Notes under the pieces: generated by a model
What the model saw: only the letters and a program-made list of their open reading frames with translations
Databases searched by the model: none
Told to the model about the DNA's origin: nothing
Assembly: GCF_030013205.1 (NCBI RefSeq)
Contig: NZ_CP122648.1
Length of the DNA: 64,000 nt
Source of the DNA: Escherichia coli
Lineage (GTDB): Bacteria; Pseudomonadota; Gammaproteobacteria; Enterobacterales; Enterobacteriaceae
Direction: 5' to 3' (one strand)
Shown: positions 1 through 9,838 of the stretch, one piece after another
Numbering within the stretch: the first letter of the stretch is position 1
Layout: every line of letters starts with the position of its first letter
Made by a program: the position numbers and the translations under genes

Positions 1-1083
1 TACGTTACCTCGAACGGACTTCATCTTAACGGCCACGCACTGGAATTGCGTACCTTCAACCTGCTGCACGTTATAGCTGCCGTATCCAGTGACATGCACT
101 GAGCCGCTAAAAGCGTCGCCAATCAGCATGCCATTTACCCACGAATACTGTAGCACCGTCAGGTCATCACGCCCCTGTTGAGGACCGAAATGCGCTCCTA
201 ATTTGAACTTCGCCCGGTGCGCAGTGAACATTTCCTCCCTGAGTGGAGTAAGAATACCGTACCGACCATTTCCGTTTTCCAGGCGAATCATGAATTTTCC
301 GATGTCGGTTTCTACCTGGGAATAACTGGACTCCGGGTAGCTAACGGCCAGACCTACGGTCGATGCTGAGTCAGCATCCTTCACGCATAACTGGGTTTCT
401 GTCCCAGCCGTATAAATTTTCACGCCATAGGGAACGGTTACGCACGCCGTTAGTGCGGAATCTCCTGTATGGTAGTTATCCATATCCAGAGAAACACCAT
501 TTGTAGGGCTCACCAGATATTTTCCTGCTGGCCAATAGAGTACCTTAGCTCCGCAATTGGACCAGCGGTTTAGGGCAAGAGTGTCATCTGCAATACCATC
601 TCCCTTTGCTCCGAAGTGGTAAGGGGTAAGGAGATAGGTGTTGTGCTGATGTTGAGTAATAGGTACAGAATCAGCATATGGCTGTTTAACAATAACAAGC
701 GCATCTCCTAGGCCAGTGTCAGGGTTTAATAATTGCTGTCGCAACTGATCCGGGTCATACTTCAGCACATTAGGAAAATAGAACTGCTGCACACCGTATG
801 CATCATAAACAGCCATCGAATGGCCTTGCACAGTTACGAACTTGGCAATCTGTCCGTTATATACCGGGTAACCAGCCGCATTAATGATGATTGGTTGCGA
901 AACAGGAACATGAGAACCGTCTTCGTTCTCTATATAAACCTGAATCTGGTTTTCAGGATTTACAGGGTCAGTGTCAATTTTACCGATATAAATTTTGCCA
1001 TTGGCTACGGCTTTAAAAGAACGCGCCATAGTGAAAAGTTGCGAAGGCATCGATACGATCACATTGGCTGTAATGTCTGTCAT
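1..1083 (-). CDS. Tailspike protein, partial (N-terminal 361 codons; gene runs off window start)
   Basis: ATG at 1083. N-terminus [59 protein letters not shown] matches the recalled head-binding domain of P22 gp9; the rest diverges. Confidence 0.8.
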   Translation of the reverse strand, partial: MTDITANVIVSMPSQLFTMARSFKAVANGKIYIGKIDTDPVNPENQIQVYIENEDGSHVPVSQPIIINAAGYPVYNGQIAKFVTVQGHSMAVYDAYGVQQFYFPNVLKYDPDQLRQQLLNPDTGLGDALVIVKQPYADSVPITQHQHNTYLLTPYHFGAKGDGIADDTLALNRWSNCGAKVLYWPAGKYLVSPTNGVSLDMDNYHTGDSALTACVTVPYGVKIYTAGTETQLCVKDADSASTVGLAVSYPESSYSQVETDIGKFMIRLENGNGRYGILTPLREEMFTAHRAKFKLGAHFGPQQGRDDLTVLQYSWVNGMLIGDAFSGSVHVTGYGSYNVQQVEGTQFQCVAVKMKSVRGNV

Positions 1084-1141
1084 TTAATTTGCTCCAGATA
1101 CAATGAATCGCCGCAGCGTGGCCACGGTGAATTTTGGGCAT

Positions 1142-1164
1142 AAAAAAACCCAGCCGAAGCTGGG
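1142..1164 (-). terminator. Intrinsic terminator between ant and tailspike
   Basis: Hairpin CCCAGC-CGAA-GCTGGG with a 7-nt U-tract on the minus strand. Confidence 0.55.
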
Positions 1165-1183
1165 TCGTTGCGTTGGTTATCTG

Positions 1184-2113
1184 TCAGTAGTTATGTACTG
1201 AAGGAGGTAATTCTTTATTCTTAAGTCTCATCCATGCAGAAAGATTCGTTGGTCCGCCTGGCTCATTGATATCAACATCTCGTGTGTGGTTGATTAAAAC
1301 GTCTCTCGCCATTCCGATAACATACGAGAATTCATGACCGTAGTCGTAGCATCTGCCGGAATAGTTCGATTGAATTTGTTTTAGCGCCGGATACAGTTCG
1401 CGGAATAATGCCTGTGAGCGGTTGGCATAATCCCATAACCATACAAGGCTGTTTGCTTCTTTTGCAGAAAGCTCGTTGGTTTTCTTCTCTTGTTTGCCAA
1501 TGAACTCACCTTCAAGTGGAACTCGAGCTGCAAGTGATAGTGCTTCGGTAAACTGCTCCTCACTGATTTCTTTGTACGAACATCCAAAATGGGATTTCAG
1601 TGACGACCACATGGTGATCATCGCCTTAGCCTGTTTTTCTTTTGGCAGAGACTGACCGCGACTCATGACGAGTTGTTTAATGGCTTCCTGCTGTTCAGTG
1701 GTGATTTTACCCGGCAACGCCTTTTTAGCTTTGCGTGGGTTAACTACATGGCCTTTAGTCCAGTATTCGTAGAGCACATCGTCACACTCTTCCTGATACT
1801 GGATTACCTTGTCGCGGATTTCAGGGCGTACTTTGTTAGGGCTAATGGTTTGCAGCCAACCTGCAAGTTTGCGAAGTGCCAAACAAATAATCTCACGGCG
1901 CTGTTCATCACCTGAAAGCTGCATTGTGATTTTCACAATGGAGGTTTTAAACCGCTGCTTCATTTTCGTAAACTGTGAAGCCCAATCCATACCCATACCT
2001 TCAACGATAGGTTTCATTGGGGTGTACGGCTCACCGTTGTGATTGACGACATAAAGCTCTGCGCCGTGGAATGGCACGTTGATAGTAGATACTGCTGTTG
2101 CTATACTTTTCAT
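1184..2113 (-). CDS. ant: Phage antirepressor (Ant-like)
   Basis: 309-aa ORF immediately downstream of the arc-like gene, in the position of P22 ant; N-terminus [47 protein letters not shown] resembles the AntA antirepressor family as recalled. Confidence 0.75.
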   Translation of the reverse strand: MKSIATAVSTINVPFHGAELYVVNHNGEPYTPMKPIVEGMGMDWASQFTKMKQRFKTSIVKITMQLSGDEQRREIICLALRKLAGWLQTISPNKVRPEIRDKVIQYQEECDDVLYEYWTKGHVVNPRKAKKALPGKITTEQQEAIKQLVMSRGQSLPKEKQAKAMITMWSSLKSHFGCSYKEISEEQFTEALSLAARVPLEGEFIGKQEKKTNELSAKEANSLVWLWDYANRSQALFRELYPALKQIQSNYSGRCYDYGHEFSYVIGMARDVLINHTRDVDINEPGGPTNLSAWMRLKNKELPPSVHNY

Positions 2114-2179
2114 GTCAGTTTTTCCTCAAAATTTACTGGCGATTTAAGCCCGAGCTACTCGCAATAGCTTGGGCTTTAC

Positions 2180-2326
2180 TCATTCTGGACAAACAATTCC
2201 ATCCTTAGCTACTGACTCCTTTAGTCTCCTCAATACCTCATTACTGAACGACCGATCATCCTTTTTCGCGGACTGCTCCAAAGCCTTTTCCAGCCATTCT
2301 GGCATCCTTAATGTCTTAACTTTCAT
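2180..2326 (-). CDS. arc: Arc-like ribbon-helix-helix repressor, 48 aa (not in ORF track)
   Basis: Translated by hand: MKVKTLRMPEWLEKALEQSAKKDDRSFSNEVLRRLKESVAKDGIVCPE, with AAGGAG RBS 5 nt upstream. Sits between the divergent mnt-like gene and ant as in P22 immI. Confidence 0.7.
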   Translation of the reverse strand: MKVKTLRMPEWLEKALEQSAKKDDRSFSNEVLRRLKESVAKDGIVCPE

Positions 2327-2430
2327 TTTTGCTCCTTTGTATGTGGTACGCATACATAGTATTTAGGTACGCATTGATAGTCAATAGATACCTACATATC
2401 CTGTGGTAAAAAATTATTCAGGATGCGCCG

Positions 2431-2682
2431 ATGTCTGATCGTAAGTACAAAAACCCTCAAGTGAATCTGAGGCTTCCTGTAGAGATAAAGGAACGTCTTA
2501 TTGAACTGGCTGAGGCTAATTCTCGTTCATTAAATGCTGAGATGGTCGCAGCACTTGAAGCATGGACCGAAAAAAACAAACACATTCAAGCACTAGATCT
2601 TGCAACTATAGCATCGCGACTGATAGAGCTTGAGCATGATGTTGAGAAGTTAAAATGCATGCATGGCAATGGTGAAAAATGA
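2431..2682 (+). CDS. mnt: Mnt-like ribbon-helix-helix repressor
   Basis: 83 aa; N-terminal NLRLPVEIKERLIELAEANSRSLNAEMVAAL resembles the recalled P22 Mnt RHH motif; divergent from arc-ant. Confidence 0.7.
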   Translation: MSDRKYKNPQVNLRLPVEIKERLIELAEANSRSLNAEMVAALEAWTEKNKHIQALDLATIASRLIELEHDVEKLKCMHGNGEK

Positions 2683-2996
2683 AACGTATCGCTATCCTAT
2701 TGCTCCTGTGTCTCTCGAGCATAGCTAACGCAGAAACAAAATCAGACGATAGCAGTTTTGATGAAATACAAGGCCTCATGATAGCTTCGAAAATGGCTGG
2801 TATGTGTGGTGCAATCAAACAAATGGCAATATTCCAAGAATCTACAAACATGCCGGGTGGGAATGAATTCTTGCAGAGATTCCTTACTACAGAGCAAGCA
2901 AGGCTTGGGATGACTCCGCAGCAATTTCTTGAAGCATGTCAGAAATCAATCTCTATTTATACCACCTATTACAATATGAGCTCTGAGAAAAAATAG
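2679..2996 (+). CDS. Secreted protein of unknown function (moron)
   Basis: 105 aa with a signal peptide MKRIAILLLLCLSSIANA. Its ATG overlaps the mnt stop (ATGA). Confidence 0.55.
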   Translation: MKRIAILLLLCLSSIANAETKSDDSSFDEIQGLMIASKMAGMCGAIKQMAIFQESTNMPGGNEFLQRFLTTEQARLGMTPQQFLEACQKSISIYTTYYNMSSEKK

Positions 2997-3005
2997 ACTA
3001 GGATT

Positions 3006-3191
3006 TCAACAACTTCCGCGTCCCTGAGTAATTCTGTCGCGGATTTGCTTCTTACGGTGATTTAAGCTGGAGAGTTTGGCTTCTGCTTCTGATATTTGCG
3101 CATCCAGATCTTTAAGTTCAAGCTCTGAAAGTCGCTGGTCAAGCAGGGTTTGGTTTAACTCAATGTTGTTCAGACGTTCTTCTATAGTCAT
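3006..3191 (-). CDS. Small coiled-coil protein, hypothetical
   Basis: 61-aa ORF with AAGGT RBS; Leu/Glu heptad-rich sequence. Confidence 0.35.
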   Translation of the reverse strand: MTIEERLNNIELNQTLLDQRLSELELKDLDAQISEAEAKLSSLNHRKKQIRDRITQGRGSC

Positions 3192-3216
3192 ATTGTTACC
3201 TTAGTGGGAGATTAGT

Positions 3217-3441
3217 ATGATTTCTGCTATTTTATCGGTGCTGCTAGCGTCATTATTCATCGGAGTGGTGTTGATCTCCCCGATGCCAATAATATCAATA
3301 TTATTCATCTTGATGATCGGCTGGTTGTGGCTTAAAAAGGCAAGAAACGATTATTTTTTATCCATAAGAGATAAGCAATTAGAGCTTTTCCGCTTGGGGT
3401 ACACTGGCGACTTGCCATTCTTAACATACCAAAAAAAGTAA
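3217..3441 (+). CDS. Small membrane protein (2 predicted TM helices), hypothetical
   Basis: 74 aa, hydrophobic N-terminal two thirds and basic tail; GGGAG RBS; followed by a terminator hairpin. Confidence 0.5.
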   Translation: MISAILSVLLASLFIGVVLISPMPIISILFILMIGWLWLKKARNDYFLSIRDKQLELFRLGYTGDLPFLTYQKK

Positions 3442-3447
3442 TAATCA

Positions 3448-3470
3448 AGCCGGTTCACTCCGGCTTTTTG
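3448..3470 (+). terminator. Intrinsic terminator after the 74-aa membrane protein gene
   Basis: Hairpin AGCCGG-TTCACT-CCGGCT followed by TTTTT. Confidence 0.5.
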
Positions 3471-3820
3471 ATATGTCGCTCGCAGAACTCAACAAGCCTG
3501 CTCATTAAGTAGCAGTAAGTCTCGTTGGCTCTTCCTGGTTCAACATCAACACCTACCCTTGAGCAGATATCGAATGCCATGTGAGCGCACTCATGGGCAA
3601 TAGTAGATAGTTTGCCATTGAACACGCCTATCACATGCAAAACACCATTCTCGCTACTCATTGTATGAGACGCTCCGTTGGCGTCCGAGTCATGCACGTC
3701 AACGCCAAGTTTTTGATGCAGGCGTTGCCATTCTGGAAAGTCTCTACAAAACACAATTGTACCGCTCTCAAAGAGCGGAACGAGCATCTTTGGTACGTTT
3801 CCAATGTTAACTTTTTTCAT
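3455..3820 (-). CDS. Small HExxH-motif protein, putative zinc metallopeptidase-like (moron)
   Basis: 121 aa containing IAHECAHMAFD (HExxH) and several Cys/His residues; AGGA RBS. No homolog recalled. Confidence 0.55.
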   Translation of the reverse strand: MKKVNIGNVPKMLVPLFESGTIVFCRDFPEWQRLHQKLGVDVHDSDANGASHTMSSENGVLHVIGVFNGKLSTIAHECAHMAFDICSRVGVDVEPGRANETYCYLMSRLVEFCERHIKKPE

Positions 3821-3850
3821 GGTATCCTGCGCAAAACTAAGGAGGTTGGT

Positions 3851-4039
3851 GTGAAGAAAAAATTTGTAAACGTTGCAAAGTGCGCAATTTTTATATTTTT
3901 TATGACCTTTTACGGATTTAGTGCCGGAGAAGGTTTCGATCGTGATGCCAATGCATTCAGTTTCTTTTGTCTGTCTATAGTGGTCATAATTGTATGGGTG
4001 GAATTAAAGCAAACATTGTTTCATGTGCTAGGGAAATAA
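3851..4039 (+). CDS. Small membrane protein (about 62 aa, GTG start), hypothetical
   Basis: Strong RBS AAGGAGG 5 nt before GTG; two hydrophobic segments (AIFIFFMTFYGF, FFCLSIVVIIVWV); AT-rich. It is the 3' part of track ORF 3635..4039. Confidence 0.4.
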   Translation: MKKKFVNVAKCAIFIFFMTFYGFSAGEGFDRDANAFSFFCLSIVVIIVWVELKQTLFHVLGK

Positions 4040-4056
4040 CCATCCATGGCTTTCCG

Positions 4057-6321
4057 TTACTTCTGGTTATCATCACTGTTCATCCAGTACATGATGCCTA
4101 GCCTTGATATGGTTTTCTTATCTGATTCTGGAAGTGAGTTGTAAAACGAGCGCCAAGCAGAAGAGCGTCTTACAGTTGTATCAACGATGCTTTCTGGTGC
4201 TTGTTTTACTGCCAGCCTTGCTGCTTTCTGGAATTCTGGTGAGCTAATTAGCTTTTCTGCAGATTCAATTGATTCAGCGCCGCCCATCGCCCTGATTTTG
4301 CTGGCGACTTTTGCCCCAATTTCTGACCCAGCAACAGCACCTACTGCACTGAACGGTCCTGACACAGTTGAACCAACCGCAGTGCCAATGCGTTGGGCAT
4401 GGTTAGCAACAAATTCATTTGCCGCAGTGACGCGATTAAACCGTTTGACGAACTCGTTTAGTCTTCCTGTAGTTATCTCGTAAGATTTTGCGTCTTTGAT
4501 AGCCTTTGCGACCTTATATACATCGTTCAGACCTGACATAGTCTCTTTTGGTAAATGTCGGGCAAGATTGCGCATCTGCCCGTTTGCTAACATGTTTTGA
4601 TACCAGTCAGCAAACCCTGCAGGATTAAAATCAGCGCCACGTTTTCCGTTCGAAAGCATATCCCGAAGACCTGTTCCCAGTAGCTCGGTTCTTAGCTTCC
4701 TGGACGGCGTGTTTTGCATCAATTCACGAAATCCTTTGGCATCGCCTTTCGACATTGCCTGTAGTGCTGTAGTTGCTTTGCGAGAAACATCACCGTTCAG
4801 CGTTCTGCCAGTTAGATTAATCATTTGCTCTTCCATGCTTTTTCGCATCTGAACAAGCCTCTGAGCAACTTCAAAATCACGTAATGCATTTGTCTCTGAC
4901 AGCGCCGCCTTTTGATCATCGGCGAGCGAACCGTAAAGCCTCGATAAAGCAGCGCGATCAGCATCTTTATATGGTCCAGAATTCTTATGAAGTGCATCAC
5001 CAACAAGTCGTCGTTGCTTATTGAGATTTGCATAAGTTAATGCGCCGTTCTTGCCTGGATTAATTGCCCGAAAGACTCTCTTTTCAATAGGGTCAAGGTT
5101 TTTCATCCCGCCAAGATCTTCTGCCACCTGTTTGAGCATTGACCTTGTTGATGGCGCATCAATTTTTGCACCTGCAGGCATCGCCTTTTCAACATTGCGA
5201 TAAAGCTGGTCGCTTCGTTTCATCAGCGCAGACATTCTTCCATTGACCGTATCAATAAACTTGTCGCTCATACCAAGAGCATCTTTTGCACCGGAAACGC
5301 GATCAATTATCTCCCCCGCGCCCTGTGCTAGCTGCCTGATTGCTTCATTTTCCTGCACCTGTAGAGCAGAACCCGCACGGGACTTGATTGCTTGCTCAAC
5401 TGCCTTGTATTGCTCGTTCCCGGAAAAGTGTGAAGGGAGTAATGAATCAACATTAAGCCTTTCAGCAGACTCCAGAACTTCAGCCTGAGGATTGATATCT
5501 AGTTCATCAAGCGATGAAGCGAGATTTGGCCTTTTTTGTGCTGCTACTGTGCGAACGACTTCCTCTGGGTTCCTCGTCGCAGGAGTCATTGGTACACCTT
5601 GTGCTGCTCTTGCCTCTGCGGCATGAACCGCAGGATTTGTTGCCTCTGCGGCATCACCGGAGAATGGTGATGTTTCTGTTGGCGCAGTGGTCGCTCTCTG
5701 TGCAGATGTTTTATTGCCACTAATTATATTTGATGCACCACGAACACCACGGGTAACGCCATTTATCAGGCCATGCGTAGCAATGTTAAGTCCGGCATTA
5801 ATAGCGGCATTTTCGGCAAAATCACCCTCCTGATTTGCAGCATCAGCAAGAGAACCTGCAATCATGTTTCCTGCGGAACCGATGTCTCCTGCGAGCTTTG
5901 CTGGCGCTCCAGCAACTTTTGCCGCTGTGCCAATTGGCAGGAGATACCCACCAATTGTTTCACCGGCTTGCGCCCAAGGGTCTGTCGGTCGATCGACAGG
6001 GCGATAAACATCATCCAAAACCTTGGGGCCACCAAGCCCCTGGCTGATTGCATTAATCAGACTTGCGCCACCCTGCAATACGTCAAATGGTATGTTTACC
6101 AGACCACGACCAGCCTGTTCTGCAATTTGCCCTGCGCTTTGACCACCAGTGAGCCAGTCAGTAGCTTTTCCCACCAGAGATTGTTCTTCTGGCTGCGATT
6201 GGTTTTGAGTGGATTGATCACCAGAAGACAGCATCTGAGCAATGCGACGTGCTCCCTCAGTATCGCCGGCAGCATCAGCATTCCTTAACGCCGTCATCAA
6301 CTGTTCACGACTATAGGCCAT
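4057..6321 (-). CDS. DNA ejection/transfer protein (P22 gp16-like by synteny)
   Basis: 754-aa ORF directly downstream of the gp20-like gene; Gly/Ala-rich segments. Confidence 0.7.
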   Translation of the reverse strand: MAYSREQLMTALRNADAAGDTEGARRIAQMLSSGDQSTQNQSQPEEQSLVGKATDWLTGGQSAGQIAEQAGRGLVNIPFDVLQGGASLINAISQGLGGPKVLDDVYRPVDRPTDPWAQAGETIGGYLLPIGTAAKVAGAPAKLAGDIGSAGNMIAGSLADAANQEGDFAENAAINAGLNIATHGLINGVTRGVRGASNIISGNKTSAQRATTAPTETSPFSGDAAEATNPAVHAAEARAAQGVPMTPATRNPEEVVRTVAAQKRPNLASSLDELDINPQAEVLESAERLNVDSLLPSHFSGNEQYKAVEQAIKSRAGSALQVQENEAIRQLAQGAGEIIDRVSGAKDALGMSDKFIDTVNGRMSALMKRSDQLYRNVEKAMPAGAKIDAPSTRSMLKQVAEDLGGMKNLDPIEKRVFRAINPGKNGALTYANLNKQRRLVGDALHKNSGPYKDADRAALSRLYGSLADDQKAALSETNALRDFEVAQRLVQMRKSMEEQMINLTGRTLNGDVSRKATTALQAMSKGDAKGFRELMQNTPSRKLRTELLGTGLRDMLSNGKRGADFNPAGFADWYQNMLANGQMRNLARHLPKETMSGLNDVYKVAKAIKDAKSYEITTGRLNEFVKRFNRVTAANEFVANHAQRIGTAVGSTVSGPFSAVGAVAGSEIGAKVASKIRAMGGAESIESAEKLISSPEFQKAARLAVKQAPESIVDTTVRRSSAWRSFYNSLPESDKKTISRLGIMYWMNSDDNQK

Positions 6322-7706
6322 TACTGCTCTCCGAGATATTTGCTAATTAATTCGTCATCGGACAATTGCTGTTGAGGTTGGCTATCGCCATAACTTGAGG
6401 AAAGAAAACGTTTTGCCGCAGAGTTCAATGACTCACCCTTCTTAACATCCATCCCCATGATGTTTCGGTTGCGATCAGATTGTCCTGGGCTGCCATTTGC
6501 ACTCATCCACTCTGACTTAAACTCGTTGAACTTCGCGTTATTACTTTCCATTTTTGCCATACCCCTTAACCATCGAGCCATGACCATTGGATTATCCGTT
6601 TCGCTTGGAATGCCTTTCCTTGCAAACTCAATATCCTTATCTGATGCAGGGCCGGGAGGGAGAAGCTTGGTTGCCTGCGCATTGGCTAGTTGGTTGAATC
6701 TAATCCGCATATCTCGGAGGTAGTTATCTTGCCCCGTAAGCTTAGAGAACATATTTTCAGCGTTACCGAACAAACCAGGAGTTGGCTTCTCCTTCTCCAG
6801 CGTGTCAGCGAGCGTTGTCATTGAATCGGCAGCATTACGACTAGCTGCCGCATCACCTGCTGATTTTTCTATAGCCTTTTCCATGTTCACTGATAATTTT
6901 GGCGCTGCATTAATAAGTTTCTCGGCCTTTTTTTGTGCCTGTTGTACTTCAAAACCGAATTTCTGCTTATCAAGTGCCAGTCTTTCTGCTGCAAGTCCGT
7001 GTCCGGTCATTGCAGACTGATAGGAAAGGTTTTGCCCCCTAATAGCCCTCGCATTCGTCATGTCATTATTGCGAATGGTTTCGTTAATTCTTTGCTGTTC
7101 CTGCTGGCGACCAACCATCTTATCCTGAACAGCAAACGCCTTTTCTGGTCCAAGCGCACCGAGAGACATAGTAGTCAGCATGTGTGATAGCTGCTCTGGA
7201 TTCTGGATACCTGTCTGAATCATCCAGTCAGCATTAGCACCAACGCGATTTAACCTGTCCTTGTTGTCAGTAATGAATTTACTGTAGGCTTCCGGCCCCT
7301 GAGAAAGAGCGACGTTAGCTCTCATGGCTAAATCGCCCATATCGTTGCGTTGCTGATCATTAAGACCTGAAAAAGCCTGTTGTGCCTGTGCAACAAACGC
7401 TGGATTTTCCTGGGCAAACTTAAATAGTCCCGATGGATCACCAGAAGCCCATGCATCAGCGTGAACCTTATTGAACGCCCTAATCGCTTTCTGTTGCTGT
7501 TCCTGCTTATAAATATCAGCAACTCCAGCCAGACCACGTAACGCGGTCAGACTAACGTTATTTGCACCTGATCGAGACAGTTCATTGTTTTCGCGGATCA
7601 GACCAAGCGTTGCATTAATGTCGCTTGCCTTTGGCGCATTCTCGTTTTGCGCACCAATGCCAGCCAGAAAACCACCAGAATTAATACCCTGTTGCCACGT
7701 AGCCAT
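6321..7706 (-). CDS. DNA ejection/transfer protein (P22 gp20-like)
   Basis: 461 aa, the size of P22 gp20, in the gp7-gp20-gp16 order. Confidence 0.7.
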   Translation of the reverse strand: MATWQQGINSGGFLAGIGAQNENAPKASDINATLGLIRENNELSRSGANNVSLTALRGLAGVADIYKQEQQQKAIRAFNKVHADAWASGDPSGLFKFAQENPAFVAQAQQAFSGLNDQQRNDMGDLAMRANVALSQGPEAYSKFITDNKDRLNRVGANADWMIQTGIQNPEQLSHMLTTMSLGALGPEKAFAVQDKMVGRQQEQQRINETIRNNDMTNARAIRGQNLSYQSAMTGHGLAAERLALDKQKFGFEVQQAQKKAEKLINAAPKLSVNMEKAIEKSAGDAAASRNAADSMTTLADTLEKEKPTPGLFGNAENMFSKLTGQDNYLRDMRIRFNQLANAQATKLLPPGPASDKDIEFARKGIPSETDNPMVMARWLRGMAKMESNNAKFNEFKSEWMSANGSPGQSDRNRNIMGMDVKKGESLNSAAKRFLSSSYGDSQPQQQLSDDELISKYLGEQ

Positions 7707-7716
7707 TGATTACCCC

Positions 7717-8409
7717 TTAAAACAGTGAACCAAGCAGACCAAGACCAGCACCGATACCAGCACCCCACGGAGTTGATAGCTCGAGAGCACTGGCTATGCC
7801 ACCACCCAAAAGCGCACCGGATGCAGCACCACTAACCCCCTGCTGCAATGCTGACGGTCGGTTGGCATTTGCCGCAGCCAGCGCCGCGCTTTGCTGTGAA
7901 ATCTGACTCATGTTGTTGGCATATGTTTGCCCGGCGTTTGCCTGCCCCTGAAGAGCGCCAAGACCGATATTTGCCAGGTTGTTGTAATTGTTCATTTGTC
8001 CAGATAGCCATTGCTGACCAAGCGTTGGTGCGATTGTTGCTAACTGATTACTGGTTGCGGTGGAACCCAATCCACCTGTTGCTTCCGCTGCCGCAAGACT
8101 CTGATAGCGAGCCTGACCTGAAAGGTCTTTATACTGCTGAGAGTTGTAATACTGGTTAAGTGCCTGACCTTGCCCTTCCAGAGACGATAAGTTCTCGAGG
8201 CTGCCGACATACTTATCAGCCAGAGGAGTAAACGGCTTCAGGTTGTTCATGATGGTGTTGAACTGCTGATTTTGCAGGTCTGCTGCATACTTCTGAGCTT
8301 CTGCGGCATACTTTGCACTTTTATCAGAACTGCCACCTTTCCCGCCTTTTTCAGGGCAATAAGGTTCCTCGCCGCGCAGTTTTCTGCCCAGCTTAAATGC
8401 ATATAACAT
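7717..8409 (-). CDS. DNA ejection/transfer protein (P22 gp7-like)
   Basis: 230 aa starting MLYAFKLGRKLRGEEP with a Gly-rich C-terminus, recalled as typical of P22-like gp7. Confidence 0.7.
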   Translation of the reverse strand: MLYAFKLGRKLRGEEPYCPEKGGKGGSSDKSAKYAAEAQKYAADLQNQQFNTIMNNLKPFTPLADKYVGSLENLSSLEGQGQALNQYYNSQQYKDLSGQARYQSLAAAEATGGLGSTATSNQLATIAPTLGQQWLSGQMNNYNNLANIGLGALQGQANAGQTYANNMSQISQQSAALAAANANRPSALQQGVSGAASGALLGGGIASALELSTPWGAGIGAGLGLLGSLF

Positions 8410-8411
8410 GG

Positions 8412-8870
8412 CTATCTCCCGTGCTTCAGGAAGTCGATTAGTTCTTCGCGTGTGGCGCTGTAAAACGTCACGTCATCCACGCCTTTGAAGTATTTCTTGA
8501 TGGTTCCTACACGCTTAAGGCCAATCATTGCGCAGTACATCTGCCCGTGGCGGAATTTGCGTGCAGCGAACGATGTGACGCACTGAACGGTGGTGTTAGT
8601 CAGAATGTATCGCCAGAACGCCAGCCCGATTTCCTTGCTGAAGCCGCGAATCTCTGGCAGGTACATGGCGTGGCAATCAAAGGTCAGCGGCTGAATCTCC
8701 TGATAGTAAACAATTCCGCCGAACTGCCCGTGCACGTTCACCTCAAAGTAACGGCATTCAGGCTTGTAGTCGTATCCATCGCCGTTGTTGCTCCCGGCGA
8801 TAATGTCAGGGTGATTTCCTACTGCTTCGATCAGGTCGATGTTTCGCGTTGGTTTGAAATGAATCATCAC
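8412..8870 (-). CDS. Phage protein between needle and ejection genes (gp14 position)
   Basis: 152-aa ORF, start overlapping the needle gene stop. Assignment is by synteny only. Confidence 0.5.
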   Translation of the reverse strand: MMIHFKPTRNIDLIEAVGNHPDIIAGSNNGDGYDYKPECRYFEVNVHGQFGGIVYYQEIQPLTFDCHAMYLPEIRGFSKEIGLAFWRYILTNTTVQCVTSFAARKFRHGQMYCAMIGLKRVGTIKKYFKGVDDVTFYSATREELIDFLKHGR

Positions 8871-9688
8871 TGCTCCGCGATTATCTTGATGGTTGTGGCA
8901 GTAAACGCCGCACCATTCGACTGAATGGTTAACGTGCTGCCATTTGTGGCAAGAAAGCCGTCTTTATCCACGCTGAAGAACGTAGCTAACAGGATGTTGT
9001 CGGTTGTTGTCGCTGAGTTGCGACTGCTTACCAGTGTGTCAGGAACAGAACCGGAAAATGTTAGCTGCATTGACCTGTTGGCGGTTCCGCTGGGCCACGT
9101 CCCGACGATCGACAGCTTGAAGAACAAGGTTTTGTTCTCGTTGAACACAACCATCTTGTTGTTAACGGTGTCGAAGAATGGTGCCAACGTGCCGGATGAC
9201 GGCGTGAGCGTTTTCAGCAGGCTAACAAGGTTGGTAGGCGCTGTCGGAATTGTTACCGATACCCCTGAGTAAACAACCTCTGATTTCTTGCGCGTGGTGG
9301 CATACTCAAGCGCAGATATTCTTGTTGCGTGATCACCAACTGTGCTTTGTAGCGTCGAAATACTTCCCTCTGCCGCTGTGAGCCTGGTATCAAGTGCGTC
9401 GATATCGGTTGTATTCTGAGTTATGCGCGCATCATGGTTTGCTAACTCAGATTCATTGGCAGCAATTCGCGTATCGTGATCAGCCAGCTCTGTTTCAGCA
9501 GCCGTAATCCTTGTTTCATGATCTGCAAGAGTGCTTTCCGCTGTTGCAATTCTATGTTCATGATTGATGAGAGTTGCTTCAGCAGCTTCAATTCTGGATT
9601 CATGGTCTGCAAGGGTGACATCCTGCTCATCGTTCCTAACCTGTGCATCATAAGCGCCCTGTCCGGCCTCGTTGGCTTTGTTAGCCAC
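8867..9688 (-). CDS. Tail needle (P22 gp26-like) with coiled-coil repeats and C-terminal knob
   Basis: GTG at 9688. [20 protein letters not shown] and ADHESRI heptads match recalled gp26. The frame stays open upstream to the coat stop, encoding [30 protein letters not shown] (gp26 N-domain-like) with no in-frame ATG. Confidence 0.75.
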   Translation of the reverse strand: MANKANEAGQGAYDAQVRNDEQDVTLADHESRIEAAEATLINHEHRIATAESTLADHETRITAAETELADHDTRIAANESELANHDARITQNTTDIDALDTRLTAAEGSISTLQSTVGDHATRISALEYATTRKKSEVVYSGVSVTIPTAPTNLVSLLKTLTPSSGTLAPFFDTVNNKMVVFNENKTLFFKLSIVGTWPSGTANRSMQLTFSGSVPDTLVSSRNSATTTDNILLATFFSVDKDGFLATNGSTLTIQSNGAAFTATTIKIIAEQ

Positions 9689-9838
9689 GTTACCAACATC
9701 AGTGCCCTGTGCGATAACGTAAAGCAGATACGACTGCGAGAAGATATTGCGTGGAAGGACTGATGTGTCGAGCCGTGTAGAGCATTGTTCGTGCCATTGT
9801 CTTCTCCCAATAAAAATGGGGCCGAAGCCCCACCAAAA

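Noticed and set aside
733-1143. 136-aa plus-strand ORF
   Set aside because: Lies entirely antisense to the tailspike N-terminal coding region, which has strong homology; no RBS; judged spurious.
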